A DNA stretch of 64,000 nt from Hypanus sabinus (lineage: Eukaryota): the NCBI RefSeq assembly GCF_030144855.1, contig NC_082715.1, forward strand, positions 34,782,001 to 34,846,000. Direction: 5' to 3'. Below the pieces are notes generated by a model. That model did not search any database. It was given only the letters and a program-made list of their open reading frames with translations, and was not told where the DNA came from. The stretch's first letter is position 1. Each line of letters starts with the position of its first letter. Made by a program: the position numbers and the translations under genes. Positions 1-13,115 of this stretch are shown piece after piece.

Positions 1-745
1 GTTTGGAGGCTAGTATATAACTTCCATTAGTGTCTTTTTACCCTTGCAGTTTCTTAACTTTACCTACATGGACACAACATCTTCCAATCCTACGTCACCT
101 CTAAGGATTTGATTTCATTTTTTAACAACAAGAGCCACTCCACCCCATCTGTCTACCTGCATGTCCTTTCTACACAATGTGCATCCTAGGATATTAAGGT
201 CCCAACTATGATCTTCTTTCAGCCACGACTACTGAGTGCCCACAATGCCCACAATGTCATACCTGCCAATCTCTAACAGCACTACAAGATCATTCCCTTA
301 TTCTGTACACTGAGTGCATTCAAATATAACACCTTCAGTCCTGTCCTCATCACCTTTTTCAATTTTCTCTCATGTTACACTTCAACTCATCCCACTGACT
401 GTGACTTTTCTCTGTCATCTGCCTGTCCTTCCTTGCAGTGTCACTACCAACTGCCCCATTCTGACTCTGGTTTCCATTCCCCTACCAAATTATTTTAAAC
501 CCTTGCCAACAGCTCTAGCAGACTTGCCCACAAGGATCGTAGTCAGCTCAGGGTCAGGTGCAACTCATCCATTTTATATGGTCATACCTTCCCTGGAAGA
601 GATCCCAATGATCCAGAAATCCAAAACTTTGCCCCTGCACCAATTCACCTGCTAAATCATCCTATTCTTATCTTCACCAGCAGCAATCCTGGAGATCCCG
701 CTTTTCAACTTTCTACCTAACTCCCTATAGTCTCTCTTAAGGACA
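1..745 (-). mobile_element. CR1-type LINE fragment (ORF1 end / endonuclease start), decayed
   Basis: Colinear similarity with the CR1 copy at ~38410-39200 of this window; no intact frame. Confidence 0.65.
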
Positions 746-749
746 ACCT

Positions 750-1040
750 CCCTGGCTAAAGAAATTCCTCCTCATCTCCTTTCTAAATGAACATCCCTCA
801 TTCTGAAGCTGAATTCTCTAGTCATCGGCTCCCCCAGCAGAGGAAACATCCTCTCCACATCCACTCTATTGAGACCTTTCAACATTCAAAAAGTTTCAAT
901 GAAATCCACCCCCATCATTCTTCTGAATTCCAGTGAGAACAGGCCCAGAGCCAATAAACGTTCCTCATTCGATAAAGCCTTTCAATCCTGGAATCTTCGT
1001 GAACTTCCTTCGAATGCTCTTCAATGTCAGCACATCCTTT
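750..1040 (-). mobile_element. CR1 LINE 3' RT fragment
   Basis: Similar to other minus-strand CR1 3' ends here (e.g. 34700-35000). Confidence 0.7.
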
Positions 1041-2499
1041 TTTGGATTATTTTTATCCCATTCCAAATGTACTTCATAACATACTTTAAAATATGAATCA
1101 TCACAATCAAGTGTGATCTAATGTAGACTAAGTCTATCCTGAATACTGAATGACTAACAAGGTGGTCTAAATTGCCTTTTTTTTATCATTCAGGACACTT
1201 CCTACTTGTCCCAATGAATTTACTGCTCTAAATCCTCAAACCTATCCATTTTAACTGACAGATGGTGTTATAATATGAATTTATCATCAGACTAAAACTC
1301 TGAAACTATTGAGTATTTAAATTTGCCTTGAATTGTTTCTTTACAATGGGAATACATAAGAGACTAAGAAAACAGAAACCAATTCAATAACGAATCTCTG
1401 CAACTCGATTCACAATTTACCCTTTAACTTAAATCACTTAAGGATCTAAAATAGCTTGGTCACAGGCAGTTGTGATTCTCAATTATCCACATTTCAGAGC
1501 TATGCTCTTGTTTTATTTTCTATTTCAGCCTCTGGCCAACAAGCTGTTTTTTTTTAAGGTTGGTTTCCTGTTTTGTTCGTAATATTTATAAAATGCTTGT
1601 TGTGCTCTGCATGACAGAAAGACCTTAGGTAGACCTTGCCTGAAAGAAAGTTTCCATTTCAGTGACTATTTTTATCAAATGACAGTAGTGAAAAGTTTAC
1701 ACCAAGTAAACTTTTCCTCTTGTTCTTTAGGAAACCAAGCATCCTTGCAGTAAGGTGGATTGATGTGATTTCTCAGTTGAGGAGTTCTCAGTCGATATGT
1801 CATGTTTTGGGGAAAAATAACTGAAAGAAAACATTCATTAAAATAGTCGCTTGTCGAGCATCTAAAATTCACATTAAAGGAACAGCTGCACCACAGCAAA
1901 ATGGGCTGACTTTCCGGTATAACCTTTCCTCAGATCATTTCAAACCAAAACTAAGCCAGTTTCACTGCTGAAAAGTTCATCCTCAGTACAGTAAGTGGAG
2001 AATATCTCCCTCAGACATTCCACAACAACAACGTGCTCTCGGCCATTTTGATGAAAGCCTGTGCATTGAGGTCTACGGCCCACCCCTGAAATCATGTGAA
2101 ACTAGGACACCTCTGACTAAGTACACCCTCAGTAATGTACTGAATACACAGCCTCGTTCATGTGCTCCTTTTTCTGGGGAAGCTACCAATTACTTCCCCA
2201 GCCGCAGTAATAATATCCCCATACACCCTAGTATTATTAATAAAGGTAATATTATTTCATTTAATTGTTCTTTATAATAATTGACAAGTTTATTAATACC
2301 CCACACTTAACTCAAAATATTTCAAAATGAGAGAAGAATTCACGCAAATGAAGTAACAGTAAATCAATCAGAAAATATCAGGCTCTCTCCCTTCCCCCAT
2401 AAATTAAGGTTGCAAAGGAGATCTAAAAAGCATTTCAGTCAGTTTTTCACAGACCTGAAGTTTTGCTTTCGTATAGCAAAGAAAGGAGAGTCACAGTAT

Positions 2500-3180
2500 G
2501 GTGGCCTTGAATGAGATATTTCTACATAATTGGAAGAGTTGCAGACAGTGAAGGAAGCCAAAAAGAACACAGCAGGGCAGAGATAAATTACAGATATGCA
2601 TATGAGGAATGACAAATAAAGTTTAATCTGGGCAAGTGCTGCACCTTCGGAGATTAAATGCAAGGCAAAGTACACAGTTAATGGCAGGACCAATGTACAG
2701 AGGGTTCTTGGGATCCAAGTCAATACTTCCCTGAACGTGGCAATGCAAGCATTTCGAGTGGTAAAGAAGACACGTGGCATGCTTGTCTTCATGCTACGCA
2801 AATCAGAAAGTCATGACAGAGTTATATAAAGCGTTGGTTATGCCACACAAAGTATCACATGCAATTCTGGTCACCCTGTTACAGGAAGGATGTGGAGGTT
2901 TCAGAGAGGGTCCAGATTAAAGATAATGAGAATCTTTTTCTCAGGGTGAAAATGCCAAGGTAAGGGAAAATATGTAAAAGGGAGGGGCAGGACAAGAGTT
3001 GGCTGCTTTGAACACACTACCGGGGAGGAACTGGAAGCAGATACAATTGTGATATTCAAGATACTTTAAGATAAACACCTGAATACACAGGGAATAGAGT
3101 GATATAGATCATGCTCTGGCAAAAGGGATTAGTTTAGTTTTGTGTCATGCTCAACACAGAAATCGAGGACCAAAGGGCCC
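2500..3180 (+). mobile_element. CR1 LINE RT C-terminal part and 3' UTR, decayed
   Basis: Remnants of the QRDLG and QFWSP-YRKDV motifs; similar to 43870-44580. Confidence 0.75.
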
Positions 3181-3705
3181 ACAATGAGCAGATTTTTGTA
3201 GATTTAAAGAGGTTCAGAATACAAATTAAAGAAAGGCAGATTTACAACCTTGACAACAGAGATGAATAAGATTCAGTCTTTGCAGGTGTGTCAGAAGAGC
3301 GCCAAGCAAACAAAAATTAAAACCAGAAGCAGAATGATTTCTATCAAGTACAAGAGCAGATGGCATGATCAGTGCCAAGAGAACAAGCTGAAGGCACTGA
3401 AGAGAATCTCAACAATAAAACCTTTTTAAATCCAACAGAATAAATATCGACAATGAACCTATAATTTTCTCTGGTGGTATTTGGTTATAAGTTGTGTGCT
3501 AAGAATATTCCATGGCTAAAGGACTGATAATCCTCTGGGTTGTCTCAATACAGTGGCAGTGATACTCAGAGACAACTCAGCGTATATTGTTTGATGTTCA
3601 GTGGTTGAAAATTACAAGAGTGACTACACAGCAACAGCAATTCATTAACTATTAAGTGAATATTGTGTTAAAGGCATCATGTTTGGTAAGCCTTTCTTAT
3701 ATATA

Positions 3706-4093
3706 CAGTGGATTCCGGTTAATTGGGACACGTTGAGACCAATACATTTTGGCCCAGTTGTGCAGTTGCCCCAATTAAATGAAGTTTCATGAAAATGGTC
3801 TAAAAGGTATATTTTAGGGTCAGAGTCAATACTGCTTATTGAAAAAAAGCACACAACTGACGCCATTTTAAAAACCATTTGCTTTAAGCACAGTATGATG
3901 TCTAAAGGTCATGCACACATGTATGCATAACTGACACAAGTTAGAAACTATCTGGCAACAGTCTCCTATCCCAATTAAGCAGCATAGTGTCCCAAACAAA
4001 CAGAAATTCCAGCTATTTTGTCGATTAGTTTTGTTCTTTGTAACCTGTCCCAAATAAGAGGCTGCCCAAGTACCAGTTAACCAGAATCCACTA
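3706..4093. mobile_element. Tc1/mariner-pogo (Tigger-like) MITE
   Basis: TIRs cagtggattccggttaattgg / ccagttaaccagaatccacta, TA on the left flank, internal tgtcccaa(tt) subterminal repeats. Confidence 0.75.
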
Positions 4094-4139
4094 TTTCATA
4101 AAATATTAAACTCACCCTTACAGTACAAATATCCACAGT

Positions 4140-5254
4140 GTCAGAATGCAGTTTATTGACCATAACTCAGCATTTAACACCATCATTCCTACAGTCCTGA
4201 TTGAAAAACTACAGAATCTAGGCTTCTGTACTTCCCTCTGCAACTGGATGCTGGACTTCCTAACCAGAAGACCACAATCTGTGCAGATTGGAAATACCAT
4301 CTCCACTTCACTGACAATCACTGGCGCACCACAGGGATGTGTGCTTAGCCCACTGATCTACTCTCCACACCCACATGGCTAGGTGCAGCTCAAATGCCAT
4401 TTATAAATTTGCTGATGATACAACCATTGTTGGCAGAATTTCAGATGGTGGTGAAAGGATGTACAGGAGTGAGATATGCCAGTTAGTTGAGTGGTGTCAC
4501 GGCAACAACCTAGCAGTCAACATCAGCAAGACTTCAGGAAGGGTAAAATGAGGGAACTCATACCAATCATCGTAGAGGGATCATAAGTGAAGAGAGTGAG
4601 CAGTTTCAAGTTCCTGGGTGTCAATATCTCTGAGGACCCCTAACCTGGGTGCAACATATTGATGCAGTTATAAAGAAAGTGTTTAAGGAGATTTGGTTTG
4701 TCAACCAAAACCCTCAAGGACTTTGACAAATGGACCATGGAGAGCATTCTGACTGGCTGTGTCACCGTGTGGTATGGAGCGTTGAGGGTGGGGGGGCTAC
4801 TGCACAAGGTCAAAATAATTTGCAGAAACCTGTAAAATTAGATCCATCATGGATACTAGCCTCCATAGTATCCCAGACATCTTCAAGTACCAGTGCCTAA
4901 GGAAGGCAGCGTGCATCATTCAGGATCCCCAGCACCCAGGACATGCCCTCTTCACACTGATACCTCTGGGAAGGAGGTTCAAAAGCCTGAAGGCACACAC
5001 TCAACAATAACAGCTCCTTCCCCTCTGCCATCTGATTTCTAAATAGACATTGAACCCATGAACACTACCTCACTACTTTTATTTCTTTTTTTTTTGGCAC
5101 TACTTCATTTAACTTAACAATTTAATAGACATTTATAAACTTAATGTAACTGAGCTTTTCTGTATATTTATTATGTATTTCATTGTACTGCTATTGTAAA
5201 GTTAACAAATTTCACGACAGATGCCAGTGACATTGAGTCTGATTCCAATTCTGA
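4140..5254 (+). mobile_element. Rex1/Babar-type LINE, 5'-truncated
   Basis: [21 protein letters not shown] and KFADD motifs; degenerate (attctg)n tail. Confidence 0.8.
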
Positions 5255-7074
5255 AATAGAAACAGGGAAACTATTCAACACTTAACTTTTCACATCTTAG
5301 CACCAATTACTTTTCAAAGAACACAAGTAATATCTAAGCAATAACTAATTAATTCTGTCCCCAGTGTATGGGTAGATTAGATGCCCATTTGTGAGATGTC
5401 CAGATGTTGTGGTACAGATGTACCTGAGCAACTAAATCAATAAATAATTTAAAAACTGGTTCTGCAAAGCATTACTGACAAATACTTTGTGTTATTAAGC
5501 ACTAGTTATCATCTCAAGATCTGTGTAATGCTTGAAAAGAAATAGTTTTCAGGATTATTTTGCAGACAAGCCAGTTGTAGTAGACTAACATGCTATAAAT
5601 ATTAAATTACCATTGAAAAGTAATTTCCCTTAAAAAGATATTTATATTTAAAACAGCACTTACATTTATGTTGCTCAAGAAAAGCTAAGTCAGTTCTATT
5701 CATATTAGATGCAGAAATATCCTTTCCATGCCATCAAATTATTTTTTTAAAACAAAGTTTGAATTGATCATCACAATAATCGCATGATTTTTTCTATACC
5801 CAATATACTGGTCATAGAGGTTAAAATCAACTATCCCAGAAATGAAGAATGGACAGTGTTCACAGTTTGAACCAACATTTGGAGGTTACCACATACAAGG
5901 ATGCTTAATGGTTCGTGATGTTCTCTAGAAAGTTAAAGGAGATATTAACAAGGAGATTGATAACAATGTAACTGAAGGAGTGAACTTCCAGGACAAATTA
6001 ACCTAAGTAAGGGACTATAGTCAGCTTCACTAAGTCGTAATGATGAGTTTGCAAGTGACTTGCTTTACTAAGATTCAAGGTCTCAGAGGATAACCAGATG
6101 TTTGAAGTGGGATAAAAAACAATACATCCACCTCAAGGCATCTCTGACAGCATCTAAGGCCTCAAGATGGGCAGAAGAGCTGGCTGTTACTATGACAGTA
6201 AGAGATAATTAGATGCCTCAAGAAAATAAAATACCTGTTTGGTGAGACATGGTCATGAGTTCCACATGGTGAATGAAGGAAAAACAGACAGCAGATGCAG
6301 GAATCCGATACAAAATACAGACCTCTAGAAAAATTTGGTGGGCCAAGCAGCCATCGTGGAAAGAAGAGCAAAAGCTGGTGTTTCACCTCAGGACTTGAGA
6401 AGAAACAGGAATGATTGCCAGTGCATAACAGTATGAAAGGGTTGTGGTGTTTGGAATGAAAGCTAGCAGATGAAAGGTAGAACCAGCAACATATACTTTC
6501 ACCAACACAAGAGGTTCTGCAGATACTTTCACCAATGGTCAATAGTTTGTCTCTAACATAACTACAAGTTCAGGACAACAGCAGAGATATGAAATGCATT
6601 TTCTCTACTGACACTTTCTTAATTAATGTCAACCTTGGCTGTAATTTTGATATTAGAAGTAATAAGTTAGAAGGAATAAAAAATACAGTTAGATACCCCT
6701 CCCTCTCCCTGAGTCTTCTCCTTTAACTTAATAGACTTTTAAATTGTAGGCTTGGTTCACTATTTTTTTGATTTACCTTGTAAGTTATTCAATTTCACAA
6801 AGGCAAAATGGCAAAAACCCCACAAGAAAATGGAACATGACAGATATCAAAGCAGTTTATCCATATTTTAATTCATTGTGACTGACAACCTAGTGCATTT
6901 AATTTCCCATTATTTTCACATCAGCAAGCCTTGAAGAATGGCCTAGCTGTTGCACATCATTTAAATAGAGGAAAAAATAATTTTATTGTTTATGATGTAA
7001 TAGGTATCATAGGAATAAATTTTAAGGATTAAAATTGACTCTTTTATTGCACACTTTGAAACATTCAATTGCTT

Positions 7075-8831
7075 ATCCCTGAGCTTGCCCTTCATGTACC
7101 TACCAACTGCTTCTTAAATTATATTACAACAACTGCCTCAACAACTTCCTCTGGTAGTTCATTCCATATACTCACCACCCTCTGTGTGAAAAAGCTGTCC
7201 CACAAGGTCCTTTTTAAATCTTTCCCTTCTCACCCTAAATCTAGACCTCTTAGTTTTGGACTCCTCTACCTTTGGGAAAAGACAGCTAACATCCACTTAA
7301 TCTATGGCTCTCATAGTTTGAAACATTTTTATTAAAATCATCCCTCATTCTTCAAGTTATAATGATCTAGCCTGGCCAATCCCTCCCTATAACTCAGACC
7401 CTCTAGTCCTGGCAACATCCTCATAACTCTTCTCTGCACCGTTTCCAATTTAACCACATCTTTCCAAGAAAGGAGTGACCAAAACTGCGTGGAGCCTCAC
7501 CAATGAGTTATACTGTCTATCTGAATGTACTGTCCCAGCTACAACACTTAGCATGCTGGCCTTAATCAGAGTACTATGTGCTTTATTCACCACCTTGTCT
7601 ACCTTTGATGCCAGTTTCAAGAACTACGTACCTGCATTCCTCAGTTCCTCTGTTTTATTACACTCCCCCATGCCTTGCTATCTATTGTACAAGTCCTACA
7701 CTGGCTGGCTGAACTGTAAAAAGTTAATCACCTCATACATATCTGTATGGAAATCCATTTTCCTCTCCTTGACCCCCGTAACCGATGATAAACTTCCTCA
7801 CTATCAACATTTCTTAATTTTGTGTCATCCACAAAAGTACTGATCAAGTCTTATGCATTTTCATCCAAATCATTTCTATAAATAAATAATAACAAAGGTC
7901 CCAACACCACTAGTCACCAACCAGCCTTCTTTCTGAGAAACAACTTTTGACCAGTACTTTCTGCTTCTGTAAATCTAAATGCTGGCACTTTTCCTGTTCT
8001 TCAGAATTCTCTCCAGTAGCTTCCCCACCACAAATGTCAGGCTAACCAGTCTGTAATTCCCTGGCTTGTCCTTGCTACCCTTCTTAAACTACATAATAAT
8101 TTAGCCACCTTCCAGTCTTAGGGAACTTCACCTATAGCTAATGGTGAAGCATTATCTCGACACGGGCCTCCAGAAATTTCTCCATTAGCCTCCCACAAAG
8201 TCTGAGGATACACTCAGTCAGTCCTAGAGATTTATCCACCTTAAAACACTGCAAGACTGCAAATGCCTCCCACTGAGTAAAATGAATGTTATCCAGAATA
8301 ATTCCACTTGTTTCCCTCATCTCTTCCACAGTAAAAAAAAAACAGAATTAATATTTTTGAAAAATCCCACCTTTGGCTGAAGACCTAAGGGGACCTATTC
8401 TTTCCCTAGGCACCTTTTAACCCCAGAACTATAGAACCTTTTGAGATTTTCCTTAACCTTAGCTGCCATATCCATCTCATACCCTTTCTTTGCCCTCCTG
8501 ATTTCCCTCCTAAGGGTATTCATCATCTTTATAGTCATCAAGGAAATTACTCATCCCCAATCTTCTAAACCCAATGTATGCTTCCTTCTTTTTCTTTACC
8601 AGAACCTCAAAATCTCTCATCAGCTAAGATTCTCTAAACTTGCCGGGTTTACCCTTCTCTCTTACAGGAACATGCTGCTGCTGGAATCTTGATATCATAC
8701 CCTTAAAAGCCTTCAATCAGGTCTGCCCAATTGATGTCTGGTAGACCCTCCCTAATTTTCCCAAAATTAACTCAGTTCCAGTGCAGAAATCTAACCTGTG
8801 GATATGTCCTACCCTTTCCAATCACTATGTA
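7075..8831 (-). mobile_element. Old CR1 LINE, left part of the host of a nested cluster
   Basis: Decayed RT/tether similarity (e.g. ORF 8138-8329 DKSLG); resumes at ~11935. Confidence 0.7.
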
Positions 8832-9228
8832 TGCAGGTGTTTCCAACAAGTGGACAGTCGCAAGGCAGCGGGACTGGATGGTGTCCCAGGGGAGTACTCA
8901 GAGTGTGCGCAGCACAACTGGCAGGTGTGTTTCCAGACATTTTTAATCTCTCCCTCTCCCAGTGTAGAGTACCCTCCTGCTTCAAAACATCCATCATTGT
9001 TCCCGTACCTGAAAGGACCAAGGTAACATGTCTGAACAACTGGCGTCCTGTCGCATTCGCTTCAATAATAAGCAAATGCTTTGAGAGGCTGGTCAAGGAC
9101 TAGATCTACAGCATAATACCTACAAGTCGTCTACCGACACAACCAATTGACTGACAACACAATAGCTACAGCTCTACACATCGTCCTTACTCATCTGGAG
9201 AAGAAGGATGCTTATGTGAAAATGCTGT

Positions 9229-10318
9229 TAGAAACAGAGAAAACCTACAGCACAATACAGGCCCTTCGGCCCACCAAGTTGTGCCAAACATGTCCTTACC
9301 TTAGAATTACCTAGAGTTACCCATAGCCCTCTATTTTTCTAAGCTCCATGTACCTGTCCAGGAGTCTCTTAAAAGACCCTATCGTTTCTGCCTCCACCAC
9401 TGCTGCCAGCAGCCCATTCCACACACTCACCACTCTCTGCATAAAAAACTTACCCCTGACATCTCCTCTGTACCTACTTCCAAACACCTTAAAACTGTGC
9501 CCTCCCATGCTAGCCATTTCAGCCCCAGGAAAAAGCCTCTGACTATCCACACAATCAATGCCTCTCATTACCTTATACACCTCTATCAGGTCACCTCTCA
9601 TCCTTTGCTGCTCCAAGGAGAAAATGCTGAGTTCACTCGAACTATTCTCTTAAGGCATGCTCCCCAATCCAGGTAACTAGAACTGAGCACAGTACTCCAA
9701 GTGGGGTCTGAACAGGGTTCTATATAGCTGCCACATTACCTCTCAGCTCATAAAATCCCACGACTGATGAAGGCCAATGCACTGTATGACTTCTTAATCA
9801 CAGAGTCAACCAGTGCAGCAGCTTTGACTGTCCTATGGACTCGGACCCCAAGATCCCTCTGATCCTCCACACTGCCAAGAGTCTTACCATTCTATACTAT
9901 ATTCTATACTATACCATACTATATTCTGCCATCATATTTGACCTACAATAATTAACCACCTCACTTATCTGGGTTGAACTCCATCTGCCACTTCTCAGCC
10001 CAGTTTTACATCCTATCAATGTCCTGCTGTAACCTCTGACACCCCTTCACACTATCCACAACACCCCCAATCTTTGTGTCATCAGCAAATTTACTAACCC
10101 ATCCCTTCACTTCCTCATCCAGGTCATTTATAAAAATTACAAAGAGCAGGGATCCCAGAACAGATCCCTGAGGCACACCACTGTTGTCCGACCTCCATGC
10201 AGAATTTGATCCATCTACAACCATTCTTTGCCTTCTGTGGGCAAGCCAGTTCTGGATCTACAAAGCAATGTCCCCTTGGACTCCGTGCCTCCTTACTTTC
10301 TCAATAAGCCTTGCTGAA
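9229..10318 (-). mobile_element. Young CR1 LINE 3' portion inserted into Rex copy A
   Basis: GVPQGSVLG..SKFADDTK (10006-10224), RGDLIEVYK..RGHS-like C-terminus (9317-9616); splits the Rex ML|FLDY codons. Confidence 0.9.
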
Positions 10319-10902
10319 TGTTCTTGGACTACAGTTCAGCATTCAACACCATAATTCCCTTCAGGCTTAACAAGAATCTCAGTGACCTCGGCCTTCACCC
10401 TGCCTTGTGCAGCTGGATCGTGGACTTCCTGTCAGATTGCCAACAGGTGATAAGAGTGGGCTCCCTCACCTCTGTCCCTCTGACCCTCAACATAGGTGCC
10501 CCTCAGGGCTGTGTATTTAGTCCCCCCTTTCCTCTCTGTATACCCATGACTGTGTTGTCACACACAGCTCCAATCTGCTGATTAAATTTGCTGATGACAC
10601 TACACTTATTGGCCTAATCTCAAATAATGATGAGACAGCCTTTAGAGAGGAAGTCATCACCCTGACACAGTGGTGTCAAGAAAACAACCTCTCCCTCAAT
10701 GTTGCAAAAACAAAGGAGCTGGTTGTTGACTACAGGAGGAATGGAGACAGGCTAACCCCTATTAACATCAATGGATCTGGGGTTAAGAAAGTTAACAGCT
10801 TTAAGTTCCTTAGCATAAACATCACCGAAGATCTCACGTGGTCTTTCACCTCAGACTGTTGAACAATTTGATATGGCTCCCCAAATCCTAAGAACTTTCT
10901 AT

Positions 10903-11483
10903 AGACAGACAGACAAACATACTTTATTGATCCCGAGGTAAATCGGGTTTCATTACAGCCACACCAACCAAGAATAGTGTAGAAATATAGCAATATAAAC
11001 CATAAATAATTAAATAATAATAAGTAAATTATGCCAAGTGGAAAATAAGTCCAGGACCAGCCTATTGGCTCAGGGTGTCTGACACTCTGAGGGAGGAGTT
11101 GTAAAGTTTGATGGCCACAGGCAGGAATGACTTACTATGACGCTCAGTGTTACATCTCGGTGGAATGAGTCTCTGGCTGAATGTACTCCTGTACCTAACC
11201 AGTACATTATGGAGTGGATGGGAGTCATTGTCCAAGATGGCATGCAACTTGGACAGCATCCTCTTTTCAGACACCACCGTCAGAGAGTCCAGTTCCACCC
11301 CCGCAACATCACTGGCCTTACGAATGAGTTTGTTGATTCTGTTGGTGTCTGCTACCCTCAGCCTGCTGCCCCGGCACACAACAGTGAACATGATAGCACT
11401 GGCCACCACAGACTCGTAGAACATCCTCAGCATTGTCCGGCAGATGTTACAGGACCTCAGTCTCCTCAGGAAATAGAGATGCA
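10903..11483 (-). mobile_element. Second Rex/Babar-family LINE 3' end (copy B) inserted into Rex copy A
   Basis: ORF 11062-11484 LYFLRRLRS..SFLPVAIKLYN; (tctg)n tail at ~10903-10915. Confidence 0.8.
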
Positions 11484-11934
11484 ATTGAGAGCATCCTGAC
11501 TGGCTGCATCACTACCTGGTATGGGAACTGTACTTCCCTCAGTCGCAGGACTCTGCAGAGAGTGGTGTGGACAGCCCAGCACATCTGTAGATGTGAACTT
11601 CCCACTACTCAAGACAGGTGTGTAAAAAGGGCCCAAAGGATCATTGGGGACCTGAGTCACCCCAACCACAAACTGTTCCAGCTGCAACCAACCAGGAAAC
11701 AGTAACGCAGCATAAAAGCCAGGACCAACAGGCTCCAGGAGGGCTTCTTCCGCCAGGCCATCAGACTGATTAATTCATGCTGATACAATTGTATTTCTAT
11801 GCTATATTGACTGTACTGTTGTACATACTATTTATTCTAAATTACTATCAATTGCACATTTAGACAGAGACGTAATGTAAAGATTTTTACTTCACATATA
11901 TGAAGGATGTAAGTAATAAAGTCAATTTAATTCA

Positions 11935-12370
11935 ATGTAAAAACTAATAGAATTATGGCCACCAGAGCCAAAGTGCTCTGTGTCTGCACCATCAGTTACT
12001 TGTCCTGCCTCGATCTCTAACAGAAGGTCGCTTTCGTACTCCCGAGTAGGACCCTCTCCCTTACTCAAGTACAACCTGGCCCTCTTGTACAGGTTGCATC
12101 TTCCCCAGAAGAGATCCCCAGTCATCCAAGAACCCAAGTCCCTGCCCTTTGTACCAACTCCTCATCCACAAATTCATTTGGCCTTTCTATTTCTGACCTT
12201 GTTTACACATAGTACTACTCCGGAGGTCCTGCTTCTTAATGTTTCACCTCACTCCCTATATTCATTCTGCAAGACCTCATCCCTTCTTCTACCCAAGTCA
12301 TAATTTCCTCCCCCCTCACTAATCTCCTTCAGCCACTCAAAGAGATCCTTGACCCTAGCACCTGGGAGGC
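11935..12370 (-). mobile_element. Old CR1 LINE, right part of the host (EN/ORF1 remnants)
   Basis: LGSGDHNSISF-like motif (ORF 11922-12137) continues the frame broken at 8831. Confidence 0.65.
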
Positions 12371-13115
12371 AGCATCTCCTGTCTCAGTTTCCTGAGACCG
12401 ATTTTCTAAGTAGATTACATTTGCGGTACAAGTTGCTTTGACATTGTTTATTGCAGATATCTGGTCATCATGTTGCACTTTTAAGAGCTCAGATGACAAA
12501 TTTGGAGATGGCAGTGAAAACCGCAGTGGACAGAGCAGCGTAACTACGGATTCAGAAAATAATAACTATTTCTCCATTTTGAAATCTGATTTATAAAATT
12601 AGAAATGTTGTGTTTAGCTGATATCTGGAAGCAGCCACTGAAGCTTGAAATCAGAATTTGTCAGAATGCTAACTAACTATTACAATTTGTGACCATGATG
12701 TTTTCGTGGAGTTTAAGTTAAAAATGGTGTAGGTTAGTTGCAACCCTGATTTTTATGCAGTGTTTTGAAGAAACAAACCAGCGATCTTTGATTTATTGAG
12801 GAAAAATAAGACAGGCAGCTGCGGAGTATCTTGGTAAATAAGCAATTCACTGTTCTAAACATCTAATTTTCCAAGACAGGAGGGCTTTTATGAAAATTGA
12901 AAGTAAGCTGTTCAAATGCTCTAGCGATTGGTTAAATTGGTCCCAGATTCTAGCGAGCACATACATCATGAAACAGTATTGTGATGAACAGAAACAGGTT
13001 TAGGATTTTTTTCTCCCACACAGGGAGAAAAACTTTACATGGTAGGTGCTTCTTGCTTCACATTGCTTCAAGGGCCATTTGTTGCAAAGATCCTTCACAT
13101 GCTAGGGTTCAGGTA

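Larger units (their letters stand above)
8832..11934 (+). mobile_element. Rex1/Babar-type LINE (copy A), itself interrupted twice
   Basis: LNNWRPVA..KCFERLV (8798-9103), [19 protein letters not shown] (10318-10581), IESILTGCITTWYG (11433-11705); aataaa + (aattc)n tail; atgta at both ends. Confidence 0.85.

Noticed and set aside
1500-1900. Minus-strand acceptor-like sites (~1640, ~1821) and ORF 1675-1899
   Set aside because: No convincing donor, no recognisable protein.
12457-12600. Plus-strand acceptor tttattgcag followed by short open frames
   Set aside because: Isolated, unrecognisable, no partner exons.
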